Of a stretch of 48,251 nt of DNA, positions 37,627 through 48,251 are shown piece after piece. The DNA is from Rhizaria sp. SCN 62-66. Taxonomy: Eukaryota. The position numbers and the translations under genes were made by a program. Where the stretch lies: assembly GCA_001724265.1 (NCBI GenBank), contig MEDY01000222.1, positions 1 through 48,251 on the forward strand, written 5' to 3'. The notes beneath the pieces were generated by a model. That model did no database searches. It was not told where the DNA came from and saw only the letters and a list, made by a program, of their open reading frames with translations. Each line of letters opens with the position of its first letter. Positions within the stretch are counted from its first letter, which is position 1.

Positions 37627-39946
37627 AATGTTAATGCTTGCGTTGGTGTTGCACCAGCACGTGCGCGCAACGGCGGCGCCCGCGCGCGCGCCCGCTGCAG
37701 TGATCACGGGTATCACGGCCGCCACAGCGGCGCAGACCGAGGGCGCGTCCAACACGACCGTGACCGCGGGGGCGGACATCGCAGCGTATGGCGATAAGAG
37801 CGGATACAGCGATCGGGGCAGCGGCTGCTGGGGCGACTGGGGCGACGGGGAACTGGGAGACTGCGCGGGGTCAGGTGGCTGATGTGGCTGGAGACTGATA
37901 CGCTCGTTATTGTTGCTGCTGCTGAGGTTGCTGGAGACTGTGCTGCCTTGATATGAGCTGGCGAGCAGTGCTGCGACCGCCGCAGCCCGCAAAGCACGGT
38001 CGCTCTCAGTCGCGCCACTGTTCCCGCGCTTGCTAGCATGAGTCGGAATCAAGGGAATGATCGTCGGGACAACTGATGGCAACGCACTAGAAAAAGAATT
38101 GCAGTTGGCGCTCGAGCTAGAACGAGAACTGCTTGCAGATGAGCCGACGGCGCTGGCGCTGTTGTTCGCGTTGATAGCCGCATTGGTCGCGAGCGCGAGC
38201 GCTTGCTTCGACGCGAGCGCCTGTGGCAGCGTTGTGGGCGTAGGCAACAGAAACCGCCACGGCGCGAGGCCACCGTCCCAACCGCCGCCGCCGGCTGCCG
38301 CTGTTACTGGACTTGCAGCTGCTGCTGCTGCTGAAGCCGATGCGTTACTGTTGCCGGGGTAATCACCGGCGACAGCGCTTTTGATATTGCTGTCGACGGC
38401 GATATGAGTCGGCAGGAGCGGCGGCAAGGGCGTCGCAGCGGGTAAGTGCGCGAGCTGTGTAAGCACCCAGTTGGTGCAGTCGCCGAGACTCAACGGCGCG
38501 GCCGGGATGACCGGGAAGGCCGCGGTGGGCGACGGCGACGCGGCGACAACGGCGGCGGCTACTGAGGCCAAGGCGGCGGCCTTAGACTTGGTGTCAGAGT
38601 CGGGGTCAGCGGCAGGAGTACCCGCAGTCTCCGCCGGCGTCGTGGCGCCTGCAGTGCTGCTCCCTGCCGTTGCAAGGATTGCACTGACGTTGATGTTGCC
38701 AACGTTGACGCTATTGGCACTCAGCGCGTTCAAGTGCGCGTGGGACAGCCCCTTAGCCGCCGTATTCGTGCTGCTTGTCTTAGGACTTGCACTGCTGCTG
38801 CAGCTGTTGTTCTCATAATTGTCGTCGTCATCGTCATCATCGTCCTTAAGGCCGGAAGGTTGCGGCAGGGGAATGAAGCAGTGCACACTGGCGAGATTAA
38901 GCGGCGGAAGCGACATCTCCAAGGGCCGCTGCCAGGGAGGCACTAAGTAGCCCTGCTCGCAGTCTAAGTAGCCCTGCCGCTCCAAGTGCGCCTTGTCTAA
39001 GAGCGCTGATTCAGTCGAGGCTGAACCGCGCTTAGATCCACTGGCATTCGCGCTGGAAGCACTTGCCCTGTCTGCATCGTTGTTGTTGCATTGTAATGGG
39101 ACAGGGTGGCCTGTCACCGCCCGGGTCAGCACCGAGGCACGCGCAGTACTTAGATACTCGCCGGCGCTTCCGCTCACGCGCTGCGCATCTGCGTCGGCTT
39201 CGTTACTGCGATACCCACAGTCGACCCCGTGGCCGCGATCGTGACTGTGCCGAGCGTCGGCAGTGCTGTCACTGCTAGCCTTAAGAGCTGTTGCTTTGAG
39301 TCCAGTGACTGAGCTATAGCTCCCAGCTCCTCCGCTGCAGCCACCGTAAGCATCCGCAACAACTGCAGCAGCCCCTACGCTCATGCTGACGCTACCGTGA
39401 TCGGCTGCACTTGCACCCGCACCCGCACTCGCGCGAGAGCTGCTTTTCGCAGCGTGCGTGTTCGAGACGGACGCGGGGACAGAGACAGAGAGGCCTGCGC
39501 CGGGGCAAACATACTGCCGCAGCTGCGGGGGGAAGTCGGCGGCCGTGACCAGCGCCAGCTCCTCCGCCGGCGACACGAAGCACAGCGTGTCCCACCACTG
39601 CTGCGCGCCCACACCTCTTAGATCGGCGTAAGGACCCGCGCCGCCGCCTCTGCCAGTGCTACCACGGCTGTTGAGGAGAAACTGCTGCTTGCCGTTCAGC
39701 TGGTACGCTCGGTACGAAGTGTAGGCGTTGAAGTTGTAAATTGTCGCTGTGTCGGCGCCGGCGTAGGCCCCGTCAGCGCGGAAGTTAAGCCGCATGCGTT
39801 CACGGTCGTTCTTCGGGACCGCAGTCCAAGGGGACTGTGCCCCACTTACATTCAAGCCGCCGCTTCCAGAGGTACTTACATCACGAGAGCCACTCACACG
39901 ATAACAAACGCGGTTGTCGCTGCTGTCACTCACTAAGCTGAAACTA

Positions 39947-39978
<32 letters not shown>

Positions 39979-41128
39979 CATGCTGTGGACGCTGCCGCTG
40001 CCATTGCCGGGGCTACGAATGACCGTGAGCGCGGTGCCGACCGTGGTCGCAGCGGTCGGCGGCGGGAAGCGGGGCTCGCCCAGGCGCCGGAGCAGGGACG
40101 GCAAGCCTGCCCCGGCCGCGGTGGCCGCGACCGCCACGGCCGAGACGACGCCGCCCTTGTACTCGTACTGACTCGCCCGCTGCGCACCGACGACAGCGAC
40201 GCTCGAGCCGCTGCTGCTGCCGGCCTCGACGGGAGACTTGCTACTCAGGCTGGGACTCGCGCCGCTGTTCGGCTTGCTAGTGTTATCATAGTCGTAGAGG
40301 CCGTTGCTCTCCTCCTCCTCCTCGTCTTCTGCGTCAAACTCGCCGTAGCCGTCGTCATCGTCGTCGCCGAAGCTCCTCTGGCCGCGCGCACTCACCTCGG
40401 ACAGCGTGGTGTCGGCCTCGTAGCTCCAGTACGCGCTAGCGCCCGCGACTCGCGCGAACGCCACCGCGCCCGCGACGGGCAGCCGCATCAGCGCAAAGCG
40501 CATAGGGTGGTCACGCCGCTGCGTCAAGAGCTGCCCCAGCAGCGCCACGACGACGGCCGCGGGGACGCGGACGTCGATGAGGGCGACGGTGTCGCGCTCA
40601 CTGCCGAGCGCGGGCAGCGCACCCGGCCCCCGACTGTAAAGACGCGAGGCGTGCACAAACGGCGGGGCTGCCAGCGGCGATGACAGCAGCGCGGCGCTGG
40701 CGCTGGTGCTGAGGCGCGGAGAACCAAAATCTAAGCCGCCAACGGGCGGGGAAGTTAAGCCGCTCGTGGGCGCATCGCTGGGGGAGGATAAGCTCGAGCT
40801 CTGCGCTGGTAGTGATTGCTTCATGCTTTGCTCGTGCTGTTGCGGTTGCTGTTGCTGCTTTTGTTGCTGCTGTTGCTGATGTTGTTGCTGTGGGCGTAAA
40901 AAGGCGCCAATGATGTCGTTTCTTGCCAGTTTTCTCGCAGTGACCGCACTGCTCACAGCCGCTGCGCTGCTGTTGCTACTAATATTCATTGCGCTACTGC
41001 TACTGCTGCTGTTGCTGCTGCTGTTGCTGCTGCGGCTAACAGTCAAGTCGGCGGCGGTGCTCTTAGTCGTCTCGTTGCCACCGACAGCACTCGCACTCGT
41101 CTTTGCAATAGAAGAAAGGAAACCAGTG

Positions 41129-41164
<36 letters not shown>

Positions 41165-41768
41165 ATTGTCACAGCAGTCGCGGTGCTCTTGCTGCTGCCT
41201 TTGTTGAGCTTCCTTTGCAGCCTCTCCGTCAGCGTCAGCGCCAAGTCGTCGTCGTTGTCGCTGCTACTGCTGCTTACGCCACCGAAGCGCTGCCACTGCT
41301 TCAGTTGGTGGTCGTGTTGCATGAGCTGCGACAGCGACGACGACTCCTGCTCCGGTTGCTGTTGCTGCTGTTGCGAGGAGGAAGAAGATGTGGCGGGGCG
41401 GGGCCGCTTGTACGTCTGAGCAACGACACCGTCGTCGTCGCCATCGTCAAGCATAACGTCGCCATCGACGTCATCGCCGTTGGACGGCTTACTTGCGCTT
41501 GAGCGCGAAGCAGATGCAGAAGCGGAGGCGGAGGCAGGGGCAGCAGCGACTTTTTCTGCAACAGCGGGCTTCAGAGGCTGTTCACAAACTACATGAAAGT
41601 GAAATTCAGTGAGAAAAAAATGTGAGTTAAAACACTTTGAGGTTTGGAGAGATATGGCAAAGCTTTTGTTGATGCGAGGAACTTACTTTCGCACTCAGCG
41701 AGAAGGGCCGAGTTGAGGTAAGTGCAGCTGGGGCAGGAAATGCCACGCCCGCCATCAAGATGAGCCAT
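35936..41768 (-). CDS. EME1/MMS4-like (XPF/ERCC4-family non-catalytic subunit) protein with an N-terminal RanBP2-type zinc finger, ~1846 aa; contains an in-frame TAG at 36782-36784
   Basis: Exons: 41768-41687, 41588-37225, 37030-35936 (introns GTAAGT..TAG and GTACGT..TAG; total 5541 nt). The spliced N-terminus reads CPSCTYLNSALLAECEICEQPL (RanBP2/NZF pattern). The C-terminal segments AWFRALIQIPLVSQGRATGVFAVLPTVQAL and RRRETLGPAVARYL resemble, from memory, the EME1 (HhH)2 motifs VWRRQIQQLNRVS...A.AV...YPS...L and RRIGPELSRRIY. It ends in TAA. Confidence 0.65.
36782..36784 (-). other. In-frame TAG codon immediately before the HhH-like domain of the EME1-like gene (candidate sense codon)
   Basis: Minus strand reads GCC TCG TAG GCC TGG TTC CGC. 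ORFs 36782..36985 and 35936..36748 share the same frame. Confidence 0.72.
41129..41164 (-). repeat. (GAT)n microsatellite encoding a poly-Asp run
   Basis: (TCA)12 on the plus strand; translates as DDDDDDDDDDDD in the EME1-like frame. Confidence 0.9.
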
Positions 41769-42902
41769 AGCGGCGTAAAAACGCACAGAATTGGCAGTTC
41801 ACTCACTGTGCAGTTTGAACACGAATAGAACAGAGCTAAATATATTGAAGAGAGAGTGACTGCAAGGCGGGAAAGAGACTGAAGATGAGAGAATGAGAGC
41901 GGGCAAGAGGGTGAGGTAAATGTGTGCTGTTCGTCGGCAATATAAATCTTCCGAGAGGAAATATTTAAAATTAAGAGTCTTGGCAATAAAATAATTTGTG
42001 TTGTGCTATTCACAGTTCTCTTAACGGACATTGCATCGACCTTGGCTTTCGTCAGCTAAGTTGGATTCAACCCCCCAGAGTCGCGCCAGCCGTAGCAGCA
42101 AACAAGCTCGACAGGCGCAGAGTAACTGTATTGTACTGTACACGATATTGGAGCTTGAAACTGATAAATATGAAACAATCTTTGTATCGGCTACGTAGAT
42201 AACTACTGAAATAAAACAAGCAAGCAATCAATAAAACAAAAGCGTGAGTATCAACATGCATACGGATCAACAATCTTATCATATCACGCAAGTTATGCGA
42301 CAATGCAATGCAATCGACAGTTTGGGCAACTTGCATAGTGTAGCTTCGGCTATCGTGGCAGCCAAGCAACGCTATGTGAGTGAGAAAGTTCCAGCAAGCC
42401 AGCTATGTTGCTGTGAACTGAGCTAAACGCTATTTGCCGTCGAACAACGCAACGAACACTACGCAATGCGAAGAGAATAATAAAAGAACATGCAAAAACA
42501 AAGGAAAACAAAGTCTGTTGCGGAAAGAGCGAAAAGCAATAGATGAAAAAGAAAGAGCGAAAGCAAAATAAAAGGGAAAGAAAAAGCGAAAATAAAGAAA
42601 GAAGCAGAGCTAGCGAGAAAGCAAAGAAAAAGGGAGATAGGAGACTGAAGAAAAGGAGGATAACACAAAAGAGGAAACGTGTCATAAGAACACACTTGTG
42701 AGAATATCGCAATACTATTCTTTTAAGAAAAGAACAACGCATGCATATAAATCTTCTTTAAAACCATATTATTGTCCAAACAATCATTTTGAGTTTTAGC
42801 ACGGTCACTCTCTCTCCATCTGCCCCTTGCAACACAGTCATAATTTGCTGCCCACAGTCCTTGGTTGCCCAGAGTCGCTCGCCGCTCGCCCACAGTCCCC
42901 GC

Positions 42903-44932
42903 TCACTGCAGCGGCGTGCCCGCAAGCGGCTCGACCGCGGCGACCACGGAGCGGTTGGCGAAGCGGCGGCCGTGCAGCACCGCCACCGCCTGCTGAGCCT
43001 CCGCCGTCGTGCCGTACGCCACAAACACCTCCAGCTCCCCGTTATCGTTGTTGCGGACGAGAGTGACGGCGCGCACGGTGCCCCAGCGGCGGCACTCGTC
43101 GGCGACCTCGTCGGTCAGCTCGGCCACAGTCGCCTCGGCCAGGTCCGCCTCGGTGAACATGTTGCGCAGCCGCACCGTGCTCACGGTCGCCTGGGACTGC
43201 TGCTGCTGCGGGGCAGTGTTGTCGGTAGCGGAAGACGCGGCGGAGACAGGCGCGGGCATGGACGCGTACGCAGGGGCAGGGACAGCAGGGGCGAAAGCGT
43301 TCGCATTGCTCATGTTGTTCATGTTGCTGGGGGCAGGGTTGTTGGTGGGCTTGACGACGATGTTGCGGGAGCCCAGCTTCTGGCCGTTGAGCTTTTCCAT
43401 GGCCATCTTGGCGCTCGCCTCGGTTGCGAACTCGAGGAACCCGTGGCCCTTGTGGCGGCCAGTCGAGTGGTCCTGTCAAAGCAAAGAAGAAGAAAAAGAA
43501 ATGGCACAGTGGCATGAGACGATGAAGTCATAAAAGAATTAAAACAGAAAATATCATTAGGTAATAGCTAGATGCACCTTAGTGCACAGTTTGATTTGAT
43601 GTTTCGACTTAAACTAACTCAAAAACATGCTAACTGTTAAGTCACCACACATACCTGGATGAGGTTACACGAGCGGACCTCGCCGAACGCGCTGAAAATG
43701 GCCCGGAGGTGGTCTTCGTTGAACTCGGGCGCAATCTGGGCCAGGAACACCCTGCATTCGGTGTTGCTGCCGCTGCTGCTCACGCCCGCACCCGCGCCGC
43801 CGCCGCCGTCAGCGCCCGCCGCGCCCTGTGCCGCGCCGGCCGAGTGGCCGTGCGACGAGGCGGGTCCGTGGGGCACCTGCGTCGGCACGACGGGCACCAG
43901 AGGGGTGACTGTGAGCAGCGCGGGCGCCTGCCGCGCCGCCGCCTGCGGGTTGGCCAGCCGCGGCAGATTGGCGCGCATGGCGCGGCCGGCGACGAGGTAC
44001 CCGTTGAGGGCCGTCATCGCGCGGACCGCGTCGGCCTGGTGCGCGAACTCAACGAAGCAGAAGCCCTTGGTGTGGCGCTTGTCCGTGTCGCGCGGCATGT
44101 CGACCTTGGTGACGGGCCCCACGACGGCGGACACGATCGCCAGCACGTCGCCCTCGGTGACGGTGTAGTCGAGCGAGCTCAGGTGCACGCGACGCGCAGG
44201 GTCGTTGGGGATGCCAGTGATGGCGATGGGCGCGCCTGCGGTTGCGTATTCGGTCACCAGCGCGCCCACCGGGGGCGCCGCGGCGGGCGCGGACAGCGCG
44301 GACAGCGGGTCGGCGGCAGCGCCGCCGCCACTGCCGCCCAGCAGAGGGTTGCCCCCGCCGGGGACTGTGTTGGTGAAGAGCGAGGCAGCTGTGATCTGGT
44401 CCAGCGCGGCCGCACCGGCGCCCGCCGCAGCGCCACCCGGCGCGGCCGCAGAGTATAGCGAGCCCTCGAGCGCGGCGCGGCTCGCGCGTTCGCTGGCGCG
44501 GGAGATAAGCGCGCGCGCGTGCGTCAGCGTGACGATCTGCTGCGCCAGGAATGCGTTGCCCGCGTCGAAGCCGTCGGTGGCGACGCGGCGGCGCTTCGGC
44601 AGCGGCACAGCGGCCGCGGCCACGGCGGCCGCGTGCTCAGGGGACGTCAGCGCTGAGTCGGGCACCGCCGCGGCGGCGGTGGGGCCGGAGCTGGAGCTTG
44701 TGTTCGAGTTGAAGATGGCGTTGCTGAGGGCGGAGAGGCCCGTTTTGGGGTCGACTTTGAGCGCGGAGTAAACGTGACGGTTCACGCCCTTGGGGAGGTC
44801 AGCAAACACAGAGGGCATGGCCGCGATCGCGAGCGCAGTCTCTTCGGGGTTGCTCACAGGCATAGGCACAGGCGCAGGTGCAGGCGCTGCAGCAGTGTTG
44901 TTGTCGTGGTTGACTGACTCCATGCTGGACAT
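42903..44932 (-). CDS. PUF60: PUF60-like poly(U)-binding splicing factor (RRM-RRM-UHM), ~615 aa
   Basis: Exons 44932-43655 and 43472-42903 (phase-0 GTATGT..CAG intron 43473-43654). RRM1: RVHLSSLDY...KGFCFVEF. RRM2: RVFLAQIAPEF...FSAFGEVRSCNLIQ|DHSTGRHKGHGFLEF. UHM: VRLRNMF...EVADECRRWG...LHGRRFANRSVVA. RBM39 is the less likely alternative. It ends in TGA. Confidence 0.8.
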
Positions 44933-45663
44933 CGGGGGCTGTGTAAGAAGAATAAGTGAGGTAGGGAGTCGCCTGGAACGGGGGAAAGGAGCGGGGAAAC
45001 AACAAAGAGAAGCTGTGGCGAGTCGCTCGATGTCTGCGTGCTGGCTGGCAGGAGAGAGAGCTTAGTTTGGTTAGAGGTCTGTGAAGAGGGAGTAGAGAGG
45101 AAGATCAAAGGATACGCGGGGGGTGGTGAGCAGCTGTAATGGGGCTTGAAAATGGATCATTTAGATATGCAACTCTGGTGCATATAGAAAAGGCTGTAGA
45201 TGTCGTAACGGCCAAAGAGGCGAGTTGCAATCGATACAATCCGAACGCTGGTCGTGTGTGTTGTGACCAACCGCTCTCTCGAGGTTCGCAAAAAAGCCGG
45301 CCGTCGCGCGACTACCACGAGCGAGAGGAGAAATGCTTACTGAAACAGCACCACTTCAAGAACGCGGCTGCTGCGTCGTTAAATATCCGGCAGTGGATTT
45401 TTGGCGACTTCGATGAGGTTTTATGTATGGAAATACGCTAATATTTTTTGCTAGCAGTTGCCCAGTCGATGTCTTGCGTGCCCTGTCTCATCCGAAACTG
45501 TTCCACCTCTCGCCTCACCACACTCCACTTCTCACCACACACTACTCCGTTTCCCCGCGCCCACTTGTTCTCCCCTTTCTTTGCGCTTGCAACCACAGCG
45601 TTCCTCCGCGCCCCCACCACCGCTCGTTGCCCGTTTGTGCGTCTCTCGCAAGCAACCACTCCC
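44933..45663. promoter_or_regulatory. Putative bidirectional promoter region between the divergent PUF60-like and MOB genes
   Basis: The head-to-head start codons at 44932 (-) and 45664 (+) are only ~730 nt apart. Inferred from gene layout only. Confidence 0.4.
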
Positions 45664-47192
45664 ATGGGCCAAGGCAAATCGAAGGAGGCAGCCCACGACG
45701 GCGCCTCTGCTGACAGCAAAAAGGACAAGAAGGACAAGAAAGACAAGAAGGATAAGAAGGACAAGAAGGACGCTGGTGGCAACAGCGCCGCTGCCGCCAC
45801 CCCGTCTCCTCAGCGCGCCCAGCCCCTCCACACAAACTCTCACTCACCTGTTCTTGCTCCTGCCTCTGCCGCTCCTGCCGCTGCTGCTGGTGGCATCACT
45901 CGCACGGCAACGGTCCAGTCCACCCCCGCTGCCCCCGCCGCGCTGCCCTCGTCCTCCTCCACCGTTCCTGTTGTGTCCACCAACAACGCCAACGCTGCCG
46001 GCAAGCCCTCTTCCGCTGCCGCTGGCGTTGCTGCTGCCGCTGCCGGCGACGGAGAGGGTGACGGCGAGCGTCTGGCCGCCGTTGACCTCACCGACGTCCC
46101 TGAGGGTACTCAGCAGGCCGCCTACGACCACTGGTCTGCGCTTGCGCCCCCCGAGCCTACCCCTGCCTCTGCCCCCCCTGCCCCTGCGCCGGCCACGGCC
46201 ACGGCTCCGGCTCCGGCTACCGCTGCTAAGGACTCCAACGTCAAGGATAACAATAACGACGCCGCTGTTGCTGCGGGCAACAACAACAACAACACTGCTG
46301 GCTCGGGACTTAAGCGCAACGCCTCGCTCAAGAACCCCGTGCCCCCCTCCCCCGCCAACGCCAATGCCAAAGACGCTGGCAATAGCAACGGCGCTGTGCG
46401 CGCGGGCACGCTGCGGCTGCAGAAGACGATGCGCGACACGATGACGGCGACCCCCTGCGCCGGCGACCTGCGGCAGCTCGTGCGATTACCCGCCACAGCC
46501 GACTGCGACGAGTGGGTCGCGCTCAACACGATCCACTTCTACCGCGCGTCGCGGATGATCTTCGACTCGTACTCGTGTCTTTGCAACCACCTCACGTGCC
46601 CCTCGATGACCGCCGGACAGGTATGTCTTGGAAAACCCTCGAAAACCTTGAACTGCACCACTAGCAGATCTTCAAAGCGATGTATCTCGAGTCTTGATGT
46701 TATTTCAATATCTCCATGTTTATGCTCGTTATTAACTAGTATCATTTGTTTTATCAAATAACTCACGCATATACCCCTCGGACTGTCTTCTTTCATTCTT
46801 AGGTTGAGTACCTTTGGCGCGACGGCAAGCAGTACCCCGCCCCCACGCGGGTCCCCGCCTGCACCTACATCGCGCTCGCGCTGGCGGACGCGTTGGCGAC
46901 CATCGACGACCAGGCCATCTTCCCGATCCACGAGGACCAACAGTTCACGCCGGCGTTCCTGGTCGCCGTCAAGGAGATGCACAAACGCATGTTCCGCATG
47001 TTCGCGCACCTGTATTACGCCCACTACGAGCAAATCAAGAAGATGGGCTCGCACCGTCACCTCAACTCGAGCTTCAAGCACTTCATCCTGTTCGCGGTCG
47101 AGTTCCAGCTGCTGGACGCGGCCACGATGGCGCCGCTGCAGCAGTTCATCGACCACATCACGTCCACCAACAGCACGGTCAAGGCAACTTGA
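45664..47192 (+). CDS. MOB1/phocein-family kinase activator with a ~250-aa N-terminal extension, ~448 aa
   Basis: Exons 45664-46620 and 46803-47192 (intron GTATGT..TAG, phase 0). MOB motifs: LRQLVRLP..D.DEWVALNT, C...TCPSMTAG|VEYLW.D, DDQAIFP, KRMFRMFAHLYYAH, HLNSSFKHFILFAVEFQLL. It ends in TGA. Confidence 0.92.
45718..45771 (+). repeat. Six tandem 9-nt units encoding (KKD)6
   Basis: aaaaaggac aagaaggac aagaaagac aagaaggat aagaaggac aagaaggac. Confidence 0.9.
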
Positions 47193-48251
47193 AGTGCGGG
47201 AAGCGGTGACTGACTTGAAGCAATGAGCGACCTGAAGTGAAGTGTGATGCGGTCGTGACTTGATGTGTGGCGCTGAGCACATAATAATCATATTGTTTTA
47301 TGAATGACGATAAAATGGTTAAGCAAACAAGTAAGCAAAGAATAACACATATGGGCGACTGCAACGACGACAAAAACAACAGCAACGGCTGATAGCAGTG
47401 GTTGCTTTGCTTGTATTTTTGTTGCTTTTGCTTTGATGTCATCACCTTATTTTTAGTTAGTGTTGATTTATGCTTATTCTAATCGAGTAATTGACTGCCT
47501 TCGTTACCCGGTCAAAAGATTTGTGTTAACTTTACTTCTGACCATCTCGCACGTGATGGTTTATTATCCCTGTTATTTGTTGCTGTTTTTTGTGTATGAC
47601 ATGATCTATTTATGTCATCTGTGAAATCAGTGTGTGTTTTTCTTTCTTATTCTTACTTTGTGTCGCAACTGCGACGATTACTCGTGTGATTTGTCACTGT
47701 GTTCTAACATCGTCTGTCTTTATTCATATATTATTAGTATGTGTAAGCAATGACAGTATACGACGTGAATCGTGTGTTTCTGGCTTTGCTTACGCTTTGT
47801 ATAGTGCGATAACATGCTCTTAAACGACCGATGACTGACCTACAACGCAGTCGCAACCACATTACCACCGACATAATGTCAAAACAGCTTAGTATTCACC
47901 TCTATTCAAGTGTATATTGTGCTGTACGTGTGTATTGTCATCACAGTATTAGTTATTGACACCAGCACTTCAAAATGTACAGTTACATCTCCACTCTCTC
48001 ACAACAGTCACATCTGCTACTAGCAGTCGCAGTCGTGCTGATGTCACTTATACATCTTGTTAATGCGACACAAAGATAAGAACTAGTCGAATAACACATA
48101 CACGAATGATTTAATTGTCTAATAATTCTGAGTTTTAATCCTATAAAGCTATCTAACCCCTATGTAGCGTCAACTAAAAAACGCGATTTCGCGCTTTTTT
48201 TGCGACTTTGGCGCACTTTCGTAGAAGTTATCAAACTACGTGGTTTATTTA

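Noticed and set aside
1-48251. CRISPR arrays, rRNA/tRNA genes (including a suppressor tRNA-CUA), transposons, prokaryotic operons
   Set aside because: None was recognisable by eye. The repeats are coding microsatellites, not repeat-spacer arrays. A tRNA/Rfam scan was not run, so small RNAs cannot be excluded.

Overview
This is eukaryotic nuclear DNA, probably from a protist; the lineage cannot be determined from this window. GC-rich exons alternate with AT-rich GT-AG introns of 98-194 nt. I reconstructed eight protein-coding genes by hand: (1) a giant polyQ/polyN F-box/LRR protein; (2) a ~2990-aa Cys-repeat type-I membrane protein with a long coiled-coil tail and 9 introns; (3) CPSF2/CPSF100; (4) a small unknown membrane protein; (5) an APC-family permease; (6) a RanBP2-zinc-finger + EME1/MMS4-like protein; (7) a PUF60-like splicing factor; (8) a MOB-family protein with a predicted myristoylated N-terminal extension. 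The main observation is that three of the eight genes each carry one in-frame TAG inside otherwise continuous coding sequence (3843-3845 +, 29205-29207 -, 36782-36784 -). All eight genes end in TAA or TGA, and no gene model needs an internal TAA/TGA or a frameshift. This points to a variant nuclear genetic code, or systematic readthrough, in which UAG is a sense codon (Gln most likely, Leu possible) while UAA and UGA remain stops. Family assignments come from recognised motifs; no database search was run.
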